A DNA stretch of 64,000 bases from an uncultured Candidatus Saccharibacteria bacterium (GTDB lineage Bacteria; Patescibacteriota; Minisyncoccia; Phycocordibacterales; UBA9973). The stretch lies in contig CAZUQJ010000001.1 in NCBI GenBank assembly GCA_964622505.1, positions 44,240 to 108,239 on the forward strand, written 5' to 3'. Shown here in pieces: positions 18,756 to 27,527 of the stretch. The notes beneath the pieces are model-generated. The model was not told where the DNA came from, searched no databases, and saw nothing but the letters and a program-made list of their open reading frames with translations. A program made the translations under genes and the position numbers. Numbering within the stretch: position 1 is the stretch's first letter; each line of letters begins with the position of its first letter.

Positions 18756-19649
18756 ATGAAGAAGATTTTTGCACATGGCATTATAGCAATTGCGTTTTTA
18801 CTGTTGCCGTTTTCGTTTGTGCATGCAGTAAGCGATTCTGGATTCCTCAACGACACTATATGGTATTCGGAAAAATCTTTTGTCGAAGGCGACACTATAG
18901 AGATCCATACGGCTGTTTGGAATGCAGAGGACGTATCTCTCTCTGCAAAAGTTGAGTTTACAGATGGCAACACAATACTCGGCTCACGGTCTGTCACGGT
19001 GCCAGTGCGTACATTGCAAGACGTTTTTATCACTTGGAAAGTCACAGCCGGGGAACATACGATCAAAGCTACAATTAAAAATGCGACTACAACAGTCAAT
19101 GGCAAGGCAACTGCGATTACATTTGCCGATGCCGAGCAATCGTTGCCAAAAATTTCCATTGCAAAGAAATCTATAAATGGTGTTGACGATGTTACCAAAG
19201 CTATTACTGACAAAGTAGATAGTACATTACCGGAAAATGTGGCAAAGCCTATATCAAAGGGTATTGTTTCTGTAGATACTTTCCGCATCAATACAGAAAC
19301 AAAGATCGAGAGCTTGCTTGAGAGTGTTGGTAGTAGAATTAAAACTTTTGAGGCAGCTTCAACTACAGCACCTGAGCCTGTAAAAACCGAGGAACCTACA
19401 AAAAAAACTGATACCAAAACGACCACCAAAACAACTACCAAAACCGAAGAGGCAAAAGTTGCCGGTACAAAAGAATCGACTGTAGTCAAAAAGCCTCTGT
19501 CAGGTACAGAGAAGCCGATAGCCTATGTGGAATTGTTCCTATTAAAAGTAGCTTCATTTATCTTCAAAAGTGCTGTGGCCTTCTATCTCGTATGCGCATT
19601 TTTACTCTTTATAATAGTACGATTTATCTACAAAAAGATCCGCGGGTAG
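18756..19649 (+). CDS. hypothetical secreted protein with Thr/Lys-rich linker and C-terminal membrane anchor
   Basis: Signal peptide MKKIFAHGIIAIAFLLLPFSFVHA; low-complexity KKTDTKTTTKTTTKTEE; C-terminal hydrophobic helix. The antisense ORF 18716..19489 is its low-complexity mirror image. Confidence 0.45.
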   Translation: MKKIFAHGIIAIAFLLLPFSFVHAVSDSGFLNDTIWYSEKSFVEGDTIEIHTAVWNAEDVSLSAKVEFTDGNTILGSRSVTVPVRTLQDVFITWKVTAGEHTIKATIKNATTTVNGKATAITFADAEQSLPKISIAKKSINGVDDVTKAITDKVDSTLPENVAKPISKGIVSVDTFRINTETKIESLLESVGSRIKTFEAASTTAPEPVKTEEPTKKTDTKTTTKTTTKTEEAKVAGTKESTVVKKPLSGTEKPIAYVELFLLKVASFIFKSAVAFYLVCAFLLFIIVRFIYKKIRG

Positions 19650-19688
19650 TGATTTTGCAAAAGCTTTCATTTGCCCTATAATGTTGGC

Positions 19689-19955
19689 ATGAAGCGGATC
19701 GTACTCGACATATGCATACTACTCTCAATATTCTTACTCCCGTGGTGGATTACGCTATTTCTAAGTGCTGTTGGCATGTTCCTCTACGAAAATTTCTATG
19801 AATTTATAATTGCGTTCCTTTTTGTATATGCAGTATACGGATTTGGTAGTACGGGGGTGTTGGGAAGCAAAGTGTATTTACCACTCATCCTATTTGTAAT
19901 ATTTATTGCATTTTCGTTTGTTAAAAAGCAATTTATCTTTTACCAAAAACAATGA
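19689..19955 (+). CDS. small hypothetical membrane protein
   Basis: About 88 aa with 3 hydrophobic segments, immediately upstream of and overlapping the PBP gene; ORF-track start 19671 is TTG. Confidence 0.3.
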   Translation: MKRIVLDICILLSIFLLPWWITLFLSAVGMFLYENFYEFIIAFLFVYAVYGFGSTGVLGSKVYLPLILFVIFIAFSFVKKQFIFYQKQ

Positions 19956-21649
19956 TGAAATTTAAAAATAAAAAAAAATATCATGCAGTTGATCCCGACG
20001 AGATATTCCTCGATTCCAAAAATCTTCCGCAGTTCAACACACAGCAATTCGAGGGCCGTATCGAGAAGCCGATCCCAAAGCGGGTGATATTTTTCTTGGC
20101 GATATTTCTCGGCACTATTGGTAGTGTCTTTCTGTACCAGCTCGGCGTACTTCAGATCACCAAAGGTGAAGCTTATTTGAAAAGAAGCGAGGATAACACA
20201 CTAGCCACAGTGCCAGTATTTGCTGCGCGTGGAATCATATATGATAGGAATAAAACCAAGCTTGCATGGAATACTTGGCCTTCCAAGACGGAAGCGGAAA
20301 CTTCTCAGATTCCGGATCGTACGTATATTGCCGACAATGGATTCGCACATATTGTGGGCTATGTGAGCTACCCGGCAAAAGATAGCTCGGGGAATTATTG
20401 GCAGGAATCATTTATTGGCAAAGACGGAGTAGAGAAATTTTATGATGAAAAATTGAAAGGCAAGAATGGCAAACGGATTACCGAGCTTGATGTTAAAGGT
20501 AAGGTTCAATCAGAAAATATTGTGACTCCTCCGACCTATGGCAACGATATGATCCTCGCGATCGATAGTCGCGTTCAGAAACAGCTGTACAAGTCTATTG
20601 CAGCCATGGCACAAAATGTCAAATTCTCTGGAGGAGCAGGAGTTTTTATGGATATTCAGACCGGAGAAGTATTGGCACTGACAAGCTATCCAGAATACAA
20701 TCCAAACATCCTTTCCAAAGGTCAAGATTCAAAAGTCATCAGAGAGTATCTGACTGATTCTCGCAAAGTATTCCTCAACCGCACACTCTCTGGTCTGTAC
20801 ACACCGGGCTCTATCGTCAAGCCATTTATCGGCTATGGTGCACTGGTAGAAAATGTGATCACTCCATTTAAAACGATACTCTCAAATGGTAAAATCGAAA
20901 TTCCAAATCCGTATTTTAAAGATAAAAAGACAGTTTTCAACGACCACGGAGTCTTTGGCTATGTCGACATGAAGAAGGCTATCGCCGTATCAAGTGACGT
21001 GTACTTCTACGAGATCGGTGGAGGATTTCAAGATCAAAAAGGTTTGGGGATTGTAAATATCGATAAATATGCAAAGAATTTCGGTATCAGTGAAAAAACT
21101 GGGATTGATCTTGGGGGTGAGAAAGCAGGTCTCATCCCAACTCCAGAATGGAAAAGTAAAACATTTAAAGGTGATCCATGGCGCGTGGGAGATACATACA
21201 ACACATCGATCGGGCAATATGGATTCCAAGTCACACCTCTCCAGATGGTGCGCGCAGTGGCGAGCATTGCCAATGGTGGTACATTGCTCACACCGCATGT
21301 GACAGTGGGCGATAAACAGCTCGAAGGCCAAAAAACAGTTCTGGCCGTAGATCCAAAAGCAATGCAAGTGATCAAAGAGGGCATGCGTATGGCAGTGACC
21401 GAGGGGACTGCAACTGCACTTAATTTACCTGGAATACAAGTAGCTGCGAAGTCTGGAACTGCGCAGTTGGGAGTGGGCAATACCAATACCAACTCTTGGA
21501 TCATAGGATTCTTCCCGTACGAAAATCCAAAGTACGCATTTGCAGTAATGATGGAGCGTGGGCCAAAAGCAGCTTCTGGAAATGCCACCCGTGTTGCAAG
21601 CGAAGTCATCGATTTCATGAAGCTTACAACCCCAGAATACCTCAAGTAA
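19952..21649 (+). CDS. penicillin-binding protein 2-like peptidoglycan D,D-transpeptidase
   Basis: N-terminal TM plus dimerisation domain; transpeptidase motifs SIVKP (SxxK), SSD (SxN), KSGTA (KTG-like). Confidence 0.8.
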   Translation: MMKFKNKKKYHAVDPDEIFLDSKNLPQFNTQQFEGRIEKPIPKRVIFFLAIFLGTIGSVFLYQLGVLQITKGEAYLKRSEDNTLATVPVFAARGIIYDRNKTKLAWNTWPSKTEAETSQIPDRTYIADNGFAHIVGYVSYPAKDSSGNYWQESFIGKDGVEKFYDEKLKGKNGKRITELDVKGKVQSENIVTPPTYGNDMILAIDSRVQKQLYKSIAAMAQNVKFSGGAGVFMDIQTGEVLALTSYPEYNPNILSKGQDSKVIREYLTDSRKVFLNRTLSGLYTPGSIVKPFIGYGALVENVITPFKTILSNGKIEIPNPYFKDKKTVFNDHGVFGYVDMKKAIAVSSDVYFYEIGGGFQDQKGLGIVNIDKYAKNFGISEKTGIDLGGEKAGLIPTPEWKSKTFKGDPWRVGDTYNTSIGQYGFQVTPLQMVRAVASIANGGTLLTPHVTVGDKQLEGQKTVLAVDPKAMQVIKEGMRMAVTEGTATALNLPGIQVAAKSGTAQLGVGNTNTNSWIIGFFPYENPKYAFAVMMERGPKAASGNATRVASEVIDFMKLTTPEYLK

Positions 21650-21715
21650 TTCTTTGACTTATAAGGTGTTTTCCTGTACAATTGCTTCCTATAGAATTAA
21701 AATATTTTTACACAT

Positions 21716-22180
21716 ATGGACGAGATTAGCTACATTTCAGAGGAGAAGAAAAAGGCTTTAATAGAAGAGCTTGCGACGCTTAAAACCACGAAAAGAAAGG
21801 AGATTTTAGAAGCTTTAGACTACGCTAAATCGTTGGGTGATTTGTCTGAAAATGCCGAATACCACCAGGCTCGCGAAGACCAAGGTAAACTTGAGGACCG
21901 TATCAATCAGATCGAATACATGCTCAATTCTGCTGTTATTATAAAGAAGCACAAAGGCGATAAGGTAGAGATCGGTACCACAGTGACTGTAAAGAAGGAA
22001 GGCTCGAAACAAGAAATCTCTTACAATATTGTTGGAGTAGAGGAAGCTGATATGACTGCAAACAAAATTTCCAACCGCTCACCGCTTGGATCTGCACTCT
22101 TTGGTAAAGTAAAAGGGGATGTCGTTTCTATGAATACACCAAAAGGGCTAGTCAAATACACCATAGTTGCGATACAATAG
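21716..22180 (+). CDS. greA: transcription elongation factor GreA
   Basis: N-terminal coiled coil with SENAEYHQARE plus C-terminal FKBP-like domain; 154 aa. Confidence 0.9.
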   Translation: MDEISYISEEKKKALIEELATLKTTKRKEILEALDYAKSLGDLSENAEYHQAREDQGKLEDRINQIEYMLNSAVIIKKHKGDKVEIGTTVTVKKEGSKQEISYNIVGVEEADMTANKISNRSPLGSALFGKVKGDVVSMNTPKGLVKYTIVAIQ

Positions 22181-22184
22181 GCGT

Positions 22185-23666
22185 ATGGCATCAATCGAAG
22201 AATTAAGGACTATACGTCTCCAAAAATTAGAAAAGCTGAAAGCAATGGGTATGAATCCATATCCGGCAAATGTTGCGCGTGATTATTCAATACCAGAATT
22301 GAAAGAACAATTTACTGAGCTTGCAGAGCAAGAGAAGAGTATTTCTGTAGCCGGTCGTGTAATGGCAGTGCGCGGACAGGGCGCGATCCTTTTTGTTGTA
22401 CTACAAGACAGTGGTGAAAAATTCCAAACTGTATTGAAAAAAGACGAATTACCCGAAGATATTTTTAGCCTATTTGTTGACTGCGTAGATATTGGAGATT
22501 TTGTTTCTGTTACTGGAACATTATTTGTAACAGCTCGCGGAGAGCAGAGTGTGCTTATAAAGGACTGGGCTATGGCGACGAAGTCTTTGCAACCGCTTCC
22601 AGACAAATGGCATGGTATCCAAGATGACGATGAAAGATTCCGCAAAAGATATTTGGAAATTTTAATGGAGAAAGAAGTCTACGACAGATTCGTAATTCGC
22701 TCGAGGGTTGTGAAAGCAATTCGCGCATTTTTTGATAATAAAAATTTCTTGGAAGTAGAAACTCCAATTTTGCAAAACCAAGCCGGAGGCGCGATGGCAA
22801 AAGTTTTCGAAACACATCACAATGACTATGATATAGGAATGGTTTTGCGTATTGCATTGGAGCTTGATCACAAGATCCTCACCGTAGGTGGATATGAAAG
22901 AATATATGAAATAGGCAAGAATTTCCGCAACGAAGGGTCCGACCCAACTCATATCCAAGAATTTACAATGATCGAATGGTATGCAGCTTATCAAACGCTC
23001 GAGACGAACATCGCATGGACAGAAGAGTTGCTGAAGAGTATTGCAAGTACAGTTGTTGGTAAAACAGCGTTTACCGTTTACGACAAAGAAGGCAATGCAA
23101 CTGAAGTACATTTCGATGGTGTCTGGCCAAAAATTTCTTTCAAAGATTTAGTACAGGAAAATGCTGGAATTGATATTACAACTATCACTCTCGCCGAAGC
23201 CCGCGCCGAAGCGGTGAAATGGGGTATGGATGAAAAAGAAGCTCAGAATCTGGGCCGTGGAAATCTACTCGATCATATCTACAAAAAGTCTTCTCGAGGG
23301 AAAATTATCAACCCAACTTTCGTCACTGATTTTCCAGGAGATCTCAAGCCTCTTGCTCAGCAAAATGTTGACGGTACCGCAAAAGTTGCACAGCTTGTAA
23401 TTGCTGGCGCAGAAATCACTAACCAATATGCAGAGTTGGTAGATCCGACTATCCAGCGTGAGTTGCTAGTGGCACAAGCTCAAGCAAAGGAGGGTGGAGA
23501 TGTTGAAGCCATGGATATCGACGAGCGATTCCTTACTGCTATGGAACATGGTATGCCACCAATGACAGGATTTGGTATGGGTATAGATAGATTAGTGGCT
23601 ATATTTACTGAACAAAAAAACCTTCGAGACACCATCTTCTTCCCAATCTTGAAACCAAAAGAATAA
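22185..23666 (+). CDS. lysS: lysine--tRNA ligase (class II)
   Basis: OB anticodon-binding domain plus class II motifs (FRNEG, GGxxRxxM-like ending GMGIDRLV); ATG at 22185 preferred over the TTG at 22167. Confidence 0.9.
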   Translation: MASIEELRTIRLQKLEKLKAMGMNPYPANVARDYSIPELKEQFTELAEQEKSISVAGRVMAVRGQGAILFVVLQDSGEKFQTVLKKDELPEDIFSLFVDCVDIGDFVSVTGTLFVTARGEQSVLIKDWAMATKSLQPLPDKWHGIQDDDERFRKRYLEILMEKEVYDRFVIRSRVVKAIRAFFDNKNFLEVETPILQNQAGGAMAKVFETHHNDYDIGMVLRIALELDHKILTVGGYERIYEIGKNFRNEGSDPTHIQEFTMIEWYAAYQTLETNIAWTEELLKSIASTVVGKTAFTVYDKEGNATEVHFDGVWPKISFKDLVQENAGIDITTITLAEARAEAVKWGMDEKEAQNLGRGNLLDHIYKKSSRGKIINPTFVTDFPGDLKPLAQQNVDGTAKVAQLVIAGAEITNQYAELVDPTIQRELLVAQAQAKEGGDVEAMDIDERFLTAMEHGMPPMTGFGMGIDRLVAIFTEQKNLRDTIFFPILKPKE

Positions 23667-23682
23667 AAAGAAAATTAAAAAA

Positions 23683-23709
23683 ATCCCAGACAAGTCGGGG
23701 ATTTTTTTA
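23683..23709 (+). terminator. Rho-independent terminator after lysS
   Basis: ATCCCAGAC-aa-GTCGGGGAT then TTTTTTT. Confidence 0.55.
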
Positions 23710-23981
23710 TGTAATTGTTTTAATTTTCATTTTATAGATATTTTTCAAAATGAAAATTAAGTTTGAATAGGATATTTGGTCCTGAAAATTCAGTATGACT
23801 TTTTTGACCAAATTTGATCGCGTTCATGAGCGTTTGCGTAGCAACAGGGGGCTCATTTTTTTGTGTTGTCTGGGGATCAAAACCAGAATAAAAAATTGTT
23901 ATCATAATTCATACAAATAGTACAACAATCAAATATTTTTGTCCAGTCTATAAAACCACTATAGTTATCCACAGAAATAGG

Positions 23982-24047
23982 GTGGGAGGGGAGTTTGTAT
24001 TGTGGGATGAAGTGGAGTATAATTAACTGTAGTGGGATGAAGTGGGA
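23982..24047 (+). promoter_or_regulatory. mraZ promoter with phased MraZ-box array (GTGGGA repeats) bracketing a TATAAT -10 box
   Basis: GTGGGA at 23982, 24002, 24032, 24042 and GTGGAG at 24012, all on a 10-bp register; TATAAT at 24018-24023; mraZ ATG at 24106. Confidence 0.6.
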
Positions 24048-24105
24048 ACAGATAAAATCTGTTTAAAATCAAAGGAATAATACTTCATTTTACTTTTTAA
24101 ATACA

Positions 24106-24540
24106 ATGCTTATCGGCGAATATACACATACATTGGATGACAAAAATCGGCTATCACTGCCGATGAAGTTCCGCAAAGAAATGGGGAAGCGTGTTGTGAT
24201 TGCGCCAGGACTCGATGCATGTCTTTCGATCTTTACAGAAAAGGAGTGGGAGAAGATTTCTGCCAAGCTTTCCGAGAGCTCTATGCTCCAGACTGACAAC
24301 AGATCATTCTCTCGTTTTATGTTCGGGCAAGCGGTGGATACAGATGTGGATGGCAATGGCAGAATCTTGATCCCAGAGCATCTTCGTGAACGTTCAAAAT
24401 TAGGATCCAAAGTTGTCGTCATCGGAGTTCAGAATCGCGCAGAAATCTGGAATGAGACAGTTTGGAATAAATATAAAAAATCAGTTGATTTACAAGCAGA
24501 CGCCCTCGCGGAGAAGCTAGGGCAAGTGGGAGTTCTTTAA
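24106..24540 (+). CDS. mraZ: division/cell-wall cluster transcriptional regulator MraZ
   Basis: Two tandem MraZ/AbrB-like halves, each with the DxxxR motif (LDDKNRLSLP... and VDGNGRILIP...). Confidence 0.9.
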   Translation: MLIGEYTHTLDDKNRLSLPMKFRKEMGKRVVIAPGLDACLSIFTEKEWEKISAKLSESSMLQTDNRSFSRFMFGQAVDTDVDGNGRILIPEHLRERSKLGSKVVVIGVQNRAEIWNETVWNKYKKSVDLQADALAEKLGQVGVL

Positions 24541-24541
24541 T

Positions 24542-25435
24542 ATGAAGCATATACCCGTATTGTTGCACGAATCGATTGACGCCTTGGATATCAAGGTAGG
24601 CGATATCATACTTGACGGTACGCTTGGTGGCGCAGGTCATACAGAGGAGGTTGCAAAGCGCTACGGCAAACAAGTGAAAGTCATCGGACTCGATCTTGAC
24701 GCTGATGCAATCACCCGAGCAGAAGAGCGCTTGCTACCGATAGCATATGATGCAACATTTGTTGTTTCCAACTTCGAAGATGCGGACAAAGTTCTAGACG
24801 AGATGAACATCGTGCATATCGACTCTGTTTTACTTGATCTGGGTATCAGTTCATTTCAGCTCGAAGTTGCAGGTCGTGGATTCTCTTTTATGAAGGATGA
24901 GCCACTACTGATGACTATGAAGAAAGATCCGAGTGATGAGGACATTACGGCACGCGACATAGTCAACACATGGAAAGAGGAAACGATTGCAGACATCATC
25001 TATGGCTATGGCGAGGAGAAATATGCTCGCAAGATTGCAAAAGCTATCGTCGAACACAGGAAAGAGAAATTGTTCGAGACGACTAAAGATCTGGCAGATG
25101 TAGTCATAGCAACAGTAGGCAAAGCGTACGGCAGACTCAAGATCAACCCGGCGACAAAGACATTCCAAGCACTACGCATTGCTGTCAATTCTGAACTATC
25201 AAGCATAGAACAAGCGATCCCGATGCTCTTCGCTCGTTTGAAGTCAGGTGGACGCATGGCAATCATTAGCTTCCACTCTCTCGAAGACAGGATCGTCAAG
25301 CAAGCATTCAGAAAACTCATCGATGAAGATAGAGCAACTGGGATAACCAAAAAACCAATCACACCAAGTATAGAAGAATTACAAAATAACCCACGGTCAC
25401 GAAGTAGTAAATTGCGAGTAATAGAGAAAAAATAA
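24542..25435 (+). CDS. rsmH: 16S rRNA (cytosine1402-N4)-methyltransferase
   Basis: IPVLLHESIDAL...DGTLGGAGHT SAM-binding motif; canonical position after mraZ. Confidence 0.9.
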   Translation: MKHIPVLLHESIDALDIKVGDIILDGTLGGAGHTEEVAKRYGKQVKVIGLDLDADAITRAEERLLPIAYDATFVVSNFEDADKVLDEMNIVHIDSVLLDLGISSFQLEVAGRGFSFMKDEPLLMTMKKDPSDEDITARDIVNTWKEETIADIIYGYGEEKYARKIAKAIVEHRKEKLFETTKDLADVVIATVGKAYGRLKINPATKTFQALRIAVNSELSSIEQAIPMLFARLKSGGRMAIISFHSLEDRIVKQAFRKLIDEDRATGITKKPITPSIEELQNNPRSRSSKLRVIEKK

Positions 25436-25441
25436 AAATAT

Positions 25442-25762
25442 ATGAGCACAAAAGAATTTACAAAAAATATAGCAAACGATGGAGCGCTACGCCGCCGTAT
25501 TTTTCGTATTTTACTTGGCTCGATCATCGCTCTATCGGTAGGGTACATATACCTTATCGGCTCGATCACTTTCAATGTGCTTGCACGCCGGTCACTCGAA
25601 ACAAATATAAATGAAATCAATAGTCGCGTCGGACAACTCGAATTACAATCCATAGCACTTGCCAACAGTATCGATGTATCTTTTGGAAAAGAGCTTGGCT
25701 TTACCGAGGCCCAAGGAACTATTTTTGCAAACAAAGACACAACTGCTGTTGCCTTGCGTTAA
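25442..25762 (+). CDS. ftsL: cell division protein FtsL-like (single-pass TM plus coiled coil)
   Basis: Positional (between rsmH and ftsI) and architectural (N-terminal TM, coiled-coil periplasmic part); no sequence motif. Confidence 0.5.
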   Translation: MSTKEFTKNIANDGALRRRIFRILLGSIIALSVGYIYLIGSITFNVLARRSLETNINEINSRVGQLELQSIALANSIDVSFGKELGFTEAQGTIFANKDTTAVALR

Positions 25763-25764
25763 TT

Positions 25765-27471
25765 ATGAATACTGCATCCTTTAAAACGCGCATACACATC
25801 GTAGCTCTATGCGTTTTTCTATTTGCGTGCATACTAGTGTTGAAACTCTTCTCTCTTGGTATTGTAAACCAGAACAAATATGCTGAGCGCGCCGACAAGC
25901 AGTACGCAACTCCGACCGGCGACATGTTTGACCGAGGTAACATATTTTTTACTAAAAAGGATGGCTCTTTGATCGCTGGGGGCAACGTGATGTCTGGATA
26001 CAAAGTGGCAATCAAGGCAAAAGATATAAAGGATCCAGAAGGGTTGTACACAATAATGTCACCATATACCAAGCTTACCCATGATGAATTTATAAAAAAA
26101 GCCACAAATGTCACTGACCCATACGAAGAGGTAGCTACAAGGCTTACCAAAGAAAATGCCGATGCGATTTCAGTGCTTAAAATTGCCGGAGTCTCTATTT
26201 TCAAACAGAAATGGCGGTTTTATCCCGGTGATACACTTGCATCGCACGCAGTGGGATTTGTCGCTTTCAAAGGCGATGAGCGAATAGGTCAGTATGGACT
26301 GGAGAAATATTATAATAGTACGCTCATGAAGCCAAAAGAGGACTTGTATGTCAACTTTTTTGCAGAAGTGTTTTCAAACATCGGGAAAACTTTTTCGAAC
26401 ACCAAAGAGGGCGATATTGTGACTACGATCGAGCCAACAGTTCAGTCTACTCTGGAGCAAGAGATGCGCGCAACAAAAGAAAAATGGAATGCCGACCAGA
26501 TAGGCGCGATTATTATGGACCCAAAGACTGGGGAGATCTATGCGATGTCGGCGATGCCGGATTTCGACCTCAATAATTTTGGTAGTGTAGACAATCCAAA
26601 GACTTATGCCAACCCGATTGTCGAAAGTGTTTTTGAATTCGGATCGGTGATCAAGCCATTGGTGGTAGCGGGAGCTCTGGACCAAGGGGTTATTACTCCA
26701 GAGACAACCTACACAGACAATGGATTTGTGGTTGTAAATAAAAAGACTATCAATAACTTCGACAAAAAGGCAAGAGGTTTGGCGACAATGCAGACAGTAC
26801 TCGATCAGTCTCTCAACACAGGTATGGTATTTATCGAAAACAAAATGGGTCACGACAGTTTCCGTAAATATATGAAAAGTTATGATATGGGATCAAAGAC
26901 TGGAATAGATTTGCCCAACGAGACAAGTGGTCTGGTAAAAAATCTGGATAGCAAAATCGACTTAGACTATGCCAACATGTCATTTGGTCAAGGACTAGCG
27001 ATTACCCCAATTGGTGCCATTAGAGCATTTGCAAGTATTGCCAATGGTGGGACACTAGTGACTCCCCATGTAGTAAAAGAAATCAGATACGAGGATGGCA
27101 CTTCCAAAACACTTTCATTCCCCCCTGCGAGAACGGGACTCTTTAAAAAAGAATCGACCGATGCAACAACCCGCATGCTCGTGCACGTGTTTGAATCATA
27201 CGGCAGTGGGTCGTATAAAATAGAGCATCATTCTGTCGCAACAAAGACAGGTACTGCGCAAGTGGCGCTCGAGGTGGGGAAAGGGTATTATGATGACAGG
27301 CATACTCATTCCTTTTTTGGATATTTCCCAGCTTACGACCCCAAATTTATTGTATTTATTTTTATAAAAAATCTTAAAGGTGCACGATATGCTTCCGAGA
27401 CGCTGATCCCACCGTTCGTCAACACAACAAAATTCTTGTTAAATTATTATAATATCCCTCCTGACAGGTAA
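25765..27471 (+). CDS. ftsI: peptidoglycan D,D-transpeptidase FtsI (PBP3-like)
   Basis: Transpeptidase motifs SVIKP (SxxK), SLN (SxN), KTGTA (KTG); dcw-cluster position. Confidence 0.85.
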   Translation: MNTASFKTRIHIVALCVFLFACILVLKLFSLGIVNQNKYAERADKQYATPTGDMFDRGNIFFTKKDGSLIAGGNVMSGYKVAIKAKDIKDPEGLYTIMSPYTKLTHDEFIKKATNVTDPYEEVATRLTKENADAISVLKIAGVSIFKQKWRFYPGDTLASHAVGFVAFKGDERIGQYGLEKYYNSTLMKPKEDLYVNFFAEVFSNIGKTFSNTKEGDIVTTIEPTVQSTLEQEMRATKEKWNADQIGAIIMDPKTGEIYAMSAMPDFDLNNFGSVDNPKTYANPIVESVFEFGSVIKPLVVAGALDQGVITPETTYTDNGFVVVNKKTINNFDKKARGLATMQTVLDQSLNTGMVFIENKMGHDSFRKYMKSYDMGSKTGIDLPNETSGLVKNLDSKIDLDYANMSFGQGLAITPIGAIRAFASIANGGTLVTPHVVKEIRYEDGTSKTLSFPPARTGLFKKESTDATTRMLVHVFESYGSGSYKIEHHSVATKTGTAQVALEVGKGYYDDRHTHSFFGYFPAYDPKFIVFIFIKNLKGARYASETLIPPFVNTTKFLLNYYNIPPDR

Positions 27472-27476
27472 ACGCA

Positions 27477-27518
27477 CCCAAGGTCGGACCTAGGGCTAGC
27501 CCTAGGTCCGACCTTGGG
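27477..27518. repeat. 42-bp perfect GC-rich palindrome in the ftsI-murF intergenic spacer
   Basis: CCCAAGGTCGGACCTAGGGC-TA-GCCCTAGGTCCGACCTTGGG (20-bp arms); no U-tract follows; murF ATG is 10 bp downstream. Confidence 0.6.
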
Positions 27519-27527
27519 AACACATAT

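Noticed and set aside
18716-19489. 257-aa minus-strand ORF
   Set aside because: It is the antisense shadow of the Thr/Lys-rich low-complexity gene 18756-19649, which has a proper signal peptide.
21034-21681. 215-aa minus-strand ORF inside the PBP gene
   Set aside because: Antisense to a conserved transpeptidase domain; long antisense ORFs are common in this frame.
23965-23973. Perfect DnaA box TTATCCACA upstream of mraZ as evidence of an origin
   Set aside because: A single 9-mer match is expected by chance in 64 kb (about 0.5 occurrences), with no cluster of boxes or AT-rich unwinding element nearby.
25006-25740. 244-aa minus-strand ORF overlapping rsmH/ftsL
   Set aside because: It is antisense to two well-supported conserved genes.
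27477-27518. Annotating the 42-bp palindrome as a Rho-independent terminator
   Set aside because: No U-tract follows, and murF starts 10 bp downstream within the same operon.
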